DNA from: Terrimicrobiaceae bacterium
GTDB lineage: Bacteria; Verrucomicrobiota; Verrucomicrobiia; Chthoniobacterales; Terrimicrobiaceae
NCBI GenBank assembly: GCA_041752695.1
Contig: JBGSVZ010000113.1
Location: forward strand, 1-64,000
Direction of reading: 5' to 3'
Length of the DNA stretch: 64,000 nt
The notes under the pieces are model-generated. The model did no database searches and was not told where the DNA came from. It saw only the letters and a list, made by a program, of their open reading frames with translations. The translations under genes and the position numbers were made by a program. Positions 57,046 to 64,000 of the stretch are shown one piece after another. The stretch's first letter is position 1, and each line of letters begins with the position of its first letter.

Positions 57046-57605
57046 CGATGCAGGCATCGGAGTTTCTCGAAGCCGAGGACCGGAGCTACGTCGTCTATGG
57101 ATTCGACGGGGAAAACCAGTTTTCGCCCGAGACTATCGGCATCAAGATCGAGGGAGCCTCCACCGCTTGCTACCGGGGCTGGTTTGCGAACTGCCGCCTC
57201 TGGGATGGACGACTCTTTGTCAATGAATTGACAATATACTCCCGGCGGGTTCCCCCCATCTGCGGTATTAGACCAGAAATCGGTGACTTCTCCTCAAAGT
57301 ATCGTGGCCTCATGCTCCCCTCGGGATTTACGGGAGAAGTCACCGTGATTCCTGCAGAAGACCGAAGCCGAGCGCGGATTCTCTACTACTGCATACCCGA
57401 TAAAGACGAAATCGTTTCCCAGTTCGTTCTAACATTCACCTTGGGAAGACTCAAATCCGTTAAGAATACCTCCTATCTTCTTCAGGCCGAAGTTGACGAA
57501 GACGAACCGGGGAAAAATGCCCGGGCCGGCCGGATCTTTGGCGATGTGCCGACCCCGTTTGATCATCTCATTTACAAGCACTTTAACGAATGGGAGGCTG
57601 GCTGA
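57042..57605 (+). CDS. Hypothetical protein
   Basis: STACYRGW motif; ATG overlaps the previous stop. Confidence 0.65.
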   Translation: MTMQASEFLEAEDRSYVVYGFDGENQFSPETIGIKIEGASTACYRGWFANCRLWDGRLFVNELTIYSRRVPPICGIRPEIGDFSSKYRGLMLPSGFTGEVTVIPAEDRSRARILYYCIPDKDEIVSQFVLTFTLGRLKSVKNTSYLLQAEVDEDEPGKNARAGRIFGDVPTPFDHLIYKHFNEWEAG

Positions 57606-57632
57606 AATAGTGCGCTTTTCCGAGGAAAATTG

Positions 57633-58157
57633 ATGACCCCGTTTCCAAAAATCACCATCAGCAGCGTCGAGGAGTTGGATGATCTGGATCTGACAGGCTT
57701 TACCCACGTCATTTCGATCTGGGACCCGCTGGCTTCCGGGCAATCGCACCACGAACGCCGCTTTCGAAGCAAACTCGCGAAGTCGGCCCAAGTCCATTTC
57801 ACCTACTTCGATGACATCGTCTCTCCGCTGCCCAATCGTCAGGCTCCTTCCCTCGAGCAAGTCCGGGAAATCCTCGCCTTCAGCGCCGCACTTCCGAAAC
57901 GCGCCTCCGTTCTGATCCACTGTTGGGCCGGCATCTCCCGCTCGACCGCCGTCGCCTATGCCATCTTGTGCCAGTCCGCCGGCCCAGGAACCGAAAAGGA
58001 CTGCATCGTTCAGCTGCAAAAGATCCGACCCAAAGCCCTTCCAAACTTGCGGATTATCACTCTTGCCGAACTCGCATTGGGCCGCAACGGCACCATGTTC
58101 GCCGCGTGCGAGGATTTGAGTATGCGTCAGTTTTCAGTGGTCGACGACGAACATTGA
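57633..58157 (+). CDS. Cys-based protein-tyrosine-phosphatase-like enzyme (rhodanese-phosphatase superfamily)
   Basis: HVISIWDP, FDDI, LIHCWAGISRS (CX5R), IRPKALPN. Confidence 0.9.
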   Translation: MTPFPKITISSVEELDDLDLTGFTHVISIWDPLASGQSHHERRFRSKLAKSAQVHFTYFDDIVSPLPNRQAPSLEQVREILAFSAALPKRASVLIHCWAGISRSTAVAYAILCQSAGPGTEKDCIVQLQKIRPKALPNLRIITLAELALGRNGTMFAACEDLSMRQFSVVDDEH

Positions 58158-58214
58158 CCAGTATCTCCGAGAAGGACAGCCGTTGTCCCTCGGTGATGCT
58201 ATAGCAGTCTGATC

Positions 58215-58712
58215 ATGACCCCTGCACAATCCACCCACCTCGCCGACCACCATGAAGAGACATGGTCGCCGCCAAGCGAGGCCCATTTTCACGCCTTTAC
58301 CTGGACCGAATGCTTTGCGCAATCGGAGCCCGGCTCACGCGTGTATCGGTATGGAATCATTGGCGCCCAAGCGGAGAAGCATTTCAGGATCTATTTTCGC
58401 CGCGTGACCTGGCCGAAGGCAGAGTGGATGGCACACGATATGTCGACGTCACGTTCTCTCGAACTGAGCACCTGTCTAAAGACCATCAGTATTCCACTCT
58501 ACTTCGAGGCTGATTGGGAGAGCTCCATTCACGATAACAACAGACTTATCGTGCCTCGGGGTGGAGCCTCTGTCTCCTTGTGGTGGGATAGTTGGTCTAA
58601 TCCGGTTTTCGAGGCTCTTGAGCCGCTCTGGCCGTTCCTGTCAGAAACTCGCGAAATTCTGAAAGATGTTTTTGCCGAGAAGGAAGCGTTAACGAATGAC
58701 GCCGAACTCTAA
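58215..58712 (+). CDS. Hypothetical protein
   Basis: Co-oriented ORF between the phosphatase and RtcB. Confidence 0.55.
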   Translation: MTPAQSTHLADHHEETWSPPSEAHFHAFTWTECFAQSEPGSRVYRYGIIGAQAEKHFRIYFRRVTWPKAEWMAHDMSTSRSLELSTCLKTISIPLYFEADWESSIHDNNRLIVPRGGASVSLWWDSWSNPVFEALEPLWPFLSETREILKDVFAEKEALTNDAEL

Positions 58713-58730
58713 ACTCGCAGTCTCACACTC

Positions 58731-60116
58731 ATGAAAGCCAAAGAACTCCTTCTGCTGGGCGTGCCGCTCGGTGCGCCGATGGGCGAAGCCTTCAAATTCA
58801 TCTCCGCTTTTTGCCTGGCCGGCGGGACGAAAGAATCTCTCTCCGGCGAGATTGCCGCCATCGTGGCGAATCCGGCTTCTTTTCAGGCGGATACCCTGCG
58901 CGCCGCCCTCGCCGCATCGCTTCTGGCTCCAGACCTCTACCTTCCAGGCAAGCCACCCGCCCCCTGGCGGCAGTGGGGGACTGACATTGACGAACTTGCC
59001 ATCAAACAACTGGAAATGGCGAGCCTTCTCCCGATCTCCGTTGCCGCTGCGCTCATGCCCGACGCGCACGTGGGCTACGGGTTGCCCATCGGCGGCGTCC
59101 TGGCCACAGAGAATGCCGTCATTCCCTACGCGGTAGGTGTGGACATCGCCTGCCGAATGAAAATGACCGTGCTCGACCTTCCGGTTTCCTGGCTCGACGA
59201 GCACAAGGACAGGCTGACCGCCGCCTTGGAAACCGAAACCCGGTTCGGCGTGGGAGCCACGTTCAAAGATCGGCGCGACCACCCTGTCCTCGACGAGGAT
59301 TGGTCCGTCAGCCCGATCACCGCGAAGAACAAAGACCGGGCCCGGGCGCAACTCGGCACAAGCGGCAGCGGAAACCATTTTGTGGAATTCGGAGTCCTGA
59401 CCGTCACGAATGCCGAAGCCGGTCTCGAACCCGGCGAGCACCTGGCTCTCCTGTCCCATAGCGGAAGCCGGGGAACCGGAGCCGCCGTGTGCGATCACTA
59501 CAGCAAGCTGGCCATGTCCCTGCACCCCGAGCTGCCCCGCGAACTGTCCCGCCTCGCCTGGCTTCTTCTCGATTCTGAAGAAGGGCAGGAATACTGGAAC
59601 GCCATGAACCTGATGGGCCTCTACGCCGCAGCCAATCACGCGCTCATCCATAGGCAGATCGCCGCCAATCTCGGGGCCGAAGTTCGCCTTGATGTCGAAA
59701 ACCACCACAACTTCGCCTGGAAAGAATCCCACTTCGGAAAAGACGTCATCGTCCATCGCAAAGGAGCGACTCCCGCAGGATCCGGAGTTTTGGGTATCAT
59801 TCCCGGTTCCATGGCCACGCCTGGCTTTCTGGTTCGGGGGCGGGGGAATACCGACTCGTTGCACTCGGCCTCCCACGGGGCCGGCCGCGCCATGAGCCGC
59901 ACACGGGCGAATGAGACGCTTTCCTGGCAGGACGCCAACGCCTTCCTCCGCGATCGTGGGGTCACTCTTCTCTCCTCAGGCCTGGACGAAGTTCCTGCCT
60001 GCTATAAAGACATCGAGACCGTCATGGCCGCCCAAACCGACCTCGTCGAAGTCCTCGCCCGCTTCGATCCGAAATTGGTCAAAATGTGCCCCAGCGGCGA
60101 ACGTCCCGAGGATTGA
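58731..60116 (+). CDS. rtcB: RtcB family RNA 2',3'-cyclic phosphate/5'-OH ligase
   Basis: MPDAHVGYGLPIG, GVDIAC, GTSGSGNHF, HSGSRG, NHHN, HRKGA, IPGSM, SASHGAGR, DEVPACYKD. Confidence 0.95.
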   Translation: MKAKELLLLGVPLGAPMGEAFKFISAFCLAGGTKESLSGEIAAIVANPASFQADTLRAALAASLLAPDLYLPGKPPAPWRQWGTDIDELAIKQLEMASLLPISVAAALMPDAHVGYGLPIGGVLATENAVIPYAVGVDIACRMKMTVLDLPVSWLDEHKDRLTAALETETRFGVGATFKDRRDHPVLDEDWSVSPITAKNKDRARAQLGTSGSGNHFVEFGVLTVTNAEAGLEPGEHLALLSHSGSRGTGAAVCDHYSKLAMSLHPELPRELSRLAWLLLDSEEGQEYWNAMNLMGLYAAANHALIHRQIAANLGAEVRLDVENHHNFAWKESHFGKDVIVHRKGATPAGSGVLGIIPGSMATPGFLVRGRGNTDSLHSASHGAGRAMSRTRANETLSWQDANAFLRDRGVTLLSSGLDEVPACYKDIETVMAAQTDLVEVLARFDPKLVKMCPSGERPED

Positions 60117-60140
60117 ATCATGACTGGATTGCCAAGAAGC

Positions 60141-60171
60141 AAAAGAAACGCCCCGGTGCGGGCCGGGGCGT
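60141..60171. terminator. GC-rich hairpin downstream of rtcB
   Basis: acgccccgg-tgcggg-ccggggcgt preceded by an A tract (U tract on the minus strand). Confidence 0.5.
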
Positions 60172-60321
60172 CGGTCCGAAGATGCGATCTCCGGGGAAAA
60201 GCCAACAGGGCATTCATCACCACCGTATTGCGATGGGAGAGGAGTTGCGCCCGGACTGTAAGTTCAGATGTAAGTTGGCTCCGCCGATCCGATCAATCAC
60301 TTTCGCAGCTCTCCTTTGAAG

Positions 60322-60388
60322 GCATCACACTGATGCAAGAGGCTAGATTGACATCGACACTCGCGCAAATCTGGCTCATTATGCATAA
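60322..60388 (+). promoter_or_regulatory. Candidate RHH operator/promoter
   Basis: GCATCA-N3-TGATGC palindrome (60322-60336), TTGACA (60348), TTATGCATAA palindrome (60379-60388). Confidence 0.55.
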
Positions 60389-60390
60389 CT

Positions 60391-60603
60391 ATGAGCCAAC
60401 GACCCCTCAGATCACGACAGCCCGTCACTGGCGGCGGTGAAGCGGAGCGGATTTCTCTGATGATTTCCGCTGCCGACCGGGCATCCCTGAACCGCATTGC
60501 CGACGAGAAACGCGTCAGTGTGGCGTGGGTTGTTCGGGACGCCGTGACCCGCTATCTCGCGCTGCCGGATAACCAGGATCGCTCCGAAAAAACACAGGGG
60601 TGA
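60391..60603 (+). CDS. Ribbon-helix-helix (CopG-like) regulator
   Basis: RISLMIS...LNRIADEKRVSVAWVVRDAVTRYL. Confidence 0.85.
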   Translation: MSQRPLRSRQPVTGGGEAERISLMISAADRASLNRIADEKRVSVAWVVRDAVTRYLALPDNQDRSEKTQG

Positions 60604-60703
60604 TCCCGTAGATGTCCCACCCAACGAGTTACGATGTCCTGCTGAACTAATCCTATTGGCAACTGAAGAAAGTCCGACCGAATTCGCGGGAAGTAAGATC
60701 CTG

Positions 60704-61549
60704 ATGACCATTTTGAATCCAGACACCACAGAAACCCCCAAGCCATCTGAGCAGATGCAGCTTCTGGCATCCGGCGCGCCACCGGATGCTTTGGAGACGC
60801 CGCGTATCCTCAGTCGGCCACAAAAGACTCTTCAAGATGTTCTTCTCAAAGAATCCCTTGCCGCGCTGACTCACGCGGAAGCCATCACTCAAATCGCCGA
60901 ACTCCGCGGGGCACTCGCGTCAGGGCTTCCACAAAACAGCGAGATCACTCGGCTCCGCTATGCCGACTCTCTGATCAAGTGGTTCTTCCGCGATGGCCTC
61001 AATGGGTTCGCGCTCACCGCGTGGCGTGCCTACCGCGATTTCTCCATCCAGTCGGTGATCCACCGTTACCTGTATCTCTCGGCCGAGCCGATCATGGCCG
61101 CGAGCGTTTCGGTTGTTATGCCTCGCCTTCAAGAGGGGATCGTCGCTCCATCGCAATACCTGATCTCAAACACGGAGAAGGTTATTGGTCACGGATTGGT
61201 CTCACTGAGCCAGAAGCGCCTGCTCGCCAATCTCCGAAAACTCGGATTCTTGGAGAAGACGTCGACCGGCGACCGCGTTGCTGTTCCTTCATTCAACCCG
61301 ACCGCCGCGCTCCTTTGCCTGCACCACGCTTTCACGGTCGAGGCGGCCAAGACGATCGAAATCCCACAAATCGAAGCGAATCCATTCTGGTATTTCACGG
61401 GATTGCGCAATGCCGACCAGCTCCGGGACTTTCTTCGAGCTGCGGACCATGCCGGGTTAATCGGGAAATACGTCGTTGCCGATCGACTTGAGCAGATCAC
61501 GACGAGTTACGGATGGCGGGAATTGATCGAAAGGAGGGCCAGCTTGTGA
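60704..61549 (+). CDS. Putative BrxA-like protein of a BREX-related system
   Basis: LPQNSEITRLRYA and RLLANLRKLGFL resemble BrxA/DUF1819-like proteins; context. Confidence 0.5.
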   Translation: MTILNPDTTETPKPSEQMQLLASGAPPDALETPRILSRPQKTLQDVLLKESLAALTHAEAITQIAELRGALASGLPQNSEITRLRYADSLIKWFFRDGLNGFALTAWRAYRDFSIQSVIHRYLYLSAEPIMAASVSVVMPRLQEGIVAPSQYLISNTEKVIGHGLVSLSQKRLLANLRKLGFLEKTSTGDRVAVPSFNPTAALLCLHHAFTVEAAKTIEIPQIEANPFWYFTGLRNADQLRDFLRAADHAGLIGKYVVADRLEQITTSYGWRELIERRASL

Positions 61550-62007
61550 AGACATCATCCGAACTCCGCTCCCTCGCCGAGCGACGAGCATGGGACAAAG
61601 AAATCGTCGTCTGGCTTGGTTCGATGGATTCGCTCCTGTCGGCCATTCCGGCAGGATCTGTTGACACAAAGCAACTGGACCTCCTTGATCTGGTATCCGA
61701 CGAGGATTTCCCCGACGAGGAAGCCCGTTCACAGTTCCGACGTGCCCTTGATTCTCAATTGAAATCGCTCAAGCCACTGCCGGGAGAGCGACGCATTCTC
61801 ATCGTCACCTCCACATCATTGCTGGCTCACTTCAACACGGGCCTCGCTGGATTCTTCGATTGGTTCTGCACGGATCGAAGCATGGTCATCCTGCATCTGG
61901 ATGGCAGACCGGAGAAGCTATCGCTTCCGGCAGAGTTCGAGTTCCGTGCGGACGCACTTCTCGACTACCTCGTTCAACCCGACCACGCCAAAGCAATCTA
62001 CGCCTGA
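61546..62007 (+). CDS. Putative BrxB/BrxF-like small protein
   Basis: About 150 aa, degenerate P-loop-fold-like ILIVTSTSLLAHF; GTG overlaps the previous stop; precedes the ATPase. Confidence 0.45.
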   Translation: MKTSSELRSLAERRAWDKEIVVWLGSMDSLLSAIPAGSVDTKQLDLLDLVSDEDFPDEEARSQFRRALDSQLKSLKPLPGERRILIVTSTSLLAHFNTGLAGFFDWFCTDRSMVILHLDGRPEKLSLPAEFEFRADALLDYLVQPDHAKAIYA

Positions 62008-62012
62008 TCCTT

Positions 62013-62396
62013 ATGTCCAAACTCCCGGCTCTCAGCAAAATTCTGTCGCTCAAGCCAGAGCCGCAGACCACACCCACACTCAATCAGATTATCCAGCAGT
62101 CCGAGGCGCGGCAGACGGTATCCGATTACCTGTTCACGCCATCGCTTCGGGTTCACGCCAAGAAAATCTTCGAGTGCGTCGTCCACAGCAAGGGACAGGG
62201 ATTCTGGGTTCAAGCGGAATACGGTGCGGGCAAGACATCGCTTCTGGGCACGATCCTCTGTCTGCTCATGTGGGGGAAGGATGACGGCGTTTGGGATGCT
62301 CTGCAGGATAAGGATCTTCGTGACGAATACCAACATGCCGTCGAGAAGCGGAAACTTTTCCCCATCGCGTTCTCGATGAAGGGACTCGGTGATGAA
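62013..62396 (+). pseudogene. N-terminal fragment of a large BrxC/DUF6079-like P-loop ATPase
   Basis: VSDYLFT...GQGFWVQAEYGAGKT Walker A; no Walker B; sequence becomes uninformative after KGLGDE. Confidence 0.65.
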
Positions 62397-62565
62397 ACAG
62401 CAAGAAGACGGAGCACGCCTTCTTCAGGCTCTCGAAGCATTGATTTCTACGGACGAAAATCCGACGACGAGCGCAATTGGGCGCGCCATGGGCTGCTCGC
62501 GACGCGAGGTCGAAAAGATCGTCCGGGATGTTCGCAGTCGGGCACGGATGCGTTTTTTACAATAA
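62392..62565 (+). CDS. 57-aa HTH fragment (sigma-70 region 4-like), not in the ORF track
   Basis: MKQQEDGARLLQALEALISTDENPTTSAIGRAMGCSRREVEKIVRDVRSRARMRFLQ*. Confidence 0.5.
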   Translation: MKQQEDGARLLQALEALISTDENPTTSAIGRAMGCSRREVEKIVRDVRSRARMRFLQ

Positions 62566-62737
62566 AGGCCGTTTTGCATCGTTGCAGGAGGTCGATATCA
62601 CATTCCGCAAGACGAGTATCAGGGAGATGAAGCACGAATCCGCGTCCTCGACTTCCGGTCTCACCTTGCATCCGGTGAGCGCGAAATGTCCATACGTTCG
62701 CGTTCAGACCGGCGTCCCCATCCTTGCCTGGTCAGAT

Positions 62738-63079
62738 TCAAGAAAGCGTTGGTTCCCCGTTGGCCGTCGACGTTGCTGCCTTGCGGGAGGAATTCCGTTC
62801 ACGCCATTCTCCCTGAATCGCTTGGGTGGCCTTACTCAGCCAGTCCCGGTCTTCGGCCAATCGAAACAGTTCCCGTGTTGCGAACCACTTGGATGCCTTC
62901 AAAGCCGGCTTACCCAATGGCTTCAGGAAATTCTTCGAAACCAATACACCGATTTCGACGTCGGTCATGCCGAGCACGACTCCGGCTCCCATTGTATTCG
63001 TTCGCGCGGGAGGACGCTCGGAAAGCAAAAGCAGCTTCGTGAGCAACTCTGCTTCCTCCTGTTTCGACAACGCTTTCAT
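62738..63079 (-). CDS. Excisionase-like HTH protein typical of verrucomicrobial integrative elements
   Basis: PAR...VLG...EIGVLVSKNFLKPLGKP...KWFAT...WLSKAT...W..RN; next to the att site, reading inward. Confidence 0.65.
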   Translation of the reverse strand: MKALSKQEEAELLTKLLLLSERPPARTNTMGAGVVLGMTDVEIGVLVSKNFLKPLGKPALKASKWFATRELFRLAEDRDWLSKATQAIQGEWRERNSSRKAATSTANGEPTLS

Positions 63080-63270
63080 GATTCTACCTGGTTATACCAG
63101 CGGCCCGGCGAACTGGGACGGACTTTTTTCAACGCATTTGAAAAATTCGCCGGAAACGCGGACACCAACTGTCAGTAAAGGTGTCAGTGGCAGCGAAACC
63201 TCATAGGTCTTGCATACGTATCATTTCTTCCGTAATTTCTCTTAATTAACTGCTTATGAACCACTTACAA

Positions 63271-63292
63271 GTTCGATTCCGTCCCCCGCCTC
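63271..63292 (+). tRNA. 3' fragment of a tRNA, probably tRNA-Cys (att site)
   Basis: GTTCGATTCcgtcccccgcctc gives the T-loop and acceptor 3' strand. It is preceded by an AT-rich tract and tgtcagt repeats (63170, 63182). Confidence 0.65.
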
Positions 63293-63421
63293 TCCTTCGG
63301 TCCGGCAGTGGCCTCCATCGAAGATTGCCTCGCTCGCTCCCGCGAGTCTCGCCCTTTGGGCTGCGCTGCGCGCAGGCTCCCCCGAGCCTTCCCTAGGCTC
63401 AGGTGGTCCGTCCCCCGCCTC
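63278..63421 (+). repeat. 15-bp tRNA-end direct repeat flanking a palindromic ~115-bp element
   Basis: tccgtcccccgcctc at 63278 and 63407; internal hairpins such as gagcct-tccct-aggctc. Confidence 0.75.
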
Positions 63422-63477
63422 CCCTTCCAACCGCAGGTGCGGTCAGGTTTTCCGTGCGAGGGCCTGCTGGAGATGGG

Positions 63478-64000
63478 CTACTCTTTTTTCGAACCCTTGG
63501 TGGCCTGCCAGGGCGTGTCCGACTCGTTCATTTTCAGCGAGTTCATGACGACAAATAGAACGGCGTCGAGCATTTCGGAATTGGTCCGAAACACATCAGT
63601 GACTCCAGCGGGCACTTCCCAGGTCGCCGGCACGAGGGAGGGGCCGAAACGTAAGTCGGTGATGTCCACCGTCGCGGTAAAGTCAGGCTGGGTGATGACA
63701 AATCGTTTGGGCACGTAACCCGCTCCGACCCACATCTGGGCGCGGAATCCCGCGGCTTTGGCGGCTTTCGCCACCTCCGGCATGAGGGCCGCTGAGATCA
63801 CCCGGCATTCTTCGCCATTGAGGTCGGCCATTTCCGCCTGATCGGCTTTGAGAATGGTGAAGATGGCCGGCAAAAAGATCGCCTGCTGAGCCGTAACAGG
63901 CAGGTAGAGCGGCGTCTTGGACTTCCGGGTGGGTGGTGGTTTGGCGTCAAATTTGCTGAGCAGAAACTCCACCTTGGCACCCGGTGTGGCCCAGACGGCG
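63478..64000 (-). CDS. Hypothetical protein, 5' end outside the window
   Basis: Frame is open to the window edge. Confidence 0.6.
   Translation of the reverse strand, partial: AVWATPGAKVEFLLSKFDAKPPPTRKSKTPLYLPVTAQQAIFLPAIFTILKADQAEMADLNGEECRVISAALMPEVAKAAKAAGFRAQMWVGAGYVPKRFVITQPDFTATVDITDLRFGPSLVPATWEVPAGVTDVFRTNSEMLDAVLFVVMNSLKMNESDTPWQATKGSKKE

Larger units (their letters stand above)
41783..63421. mobile_element. Composite integrative island between tRNA-fMet and tRNA-Cys 3' fragments
   Basis: Integrase at left, excisionase-like gene and tRNA 3' fragment at right, defence/repair cargo between. Confidence 0.7.

Noticed and set aside
644..59876. Many long antisense/overlapping ORFs (e.g. 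644-1510, 16864-17835, 20995-22140, 23476-24621, 58689-59876)
   Set aside because: Shadow frames of well-supported genes in GC-rich DNA
62396..62630. C-terminal part of the 61860-62630 ORF as real ATPase sequence
   Set aside because: Low-information Arg/Ser-rich read-through; another frame looks coding
1..64000. CRISPR array, rRNA, integron attC array or reverse transcriptase system
   Set aside because: No regularly spaced repeats, rRNA-like sequence or RT motifs seen by eye

Overview
GC-rich bacterial DNA, almost certainly Verrucomicrobiota (Verru_Chthon cassette, Chthoniobacterales-like proteins), with two halves. (1) About 1-41.3 kb: a large glycan-utilisation region. It holds a pilin-like Verru_Chthon cassette (B, C, and A broken by an IS), giant secreted proteins, heparinase-like lyases, GH39-like/GH29/GH95-like/GH4/GH28 enzymes, two Gfo/Idh/MocA oxidoreductases, an unusual ABC importer and a XylR-type regulator. 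A shared operator, CGCAA-N17-CGCA, sits upstream of six transcription units including the pilin-like cassette. This is the strongest candidate for an undescribed system: a co-regulated pilus-like machine plus glycan-degrading locus. (2) About 41.6-63.4 kb: a composite integrative island. It starts at a tRNA-fMet 3' fragment with a tyrosine integrase and carries DUF5131, a chimeric DUF932 gene, a metallophosphoesterase, ankyrin proteins, and LysR with a duplicated 3' end. It also carries an ARPP-1-like/Cys-phosphatase/RtcB RNA-repair-type cluster and an RHH-led BREX-like operon. That operon is truncated at a junction with the end of a second, tRNA-Cys-targeted element. All family calls come from motif recognition by eye, not database searches.
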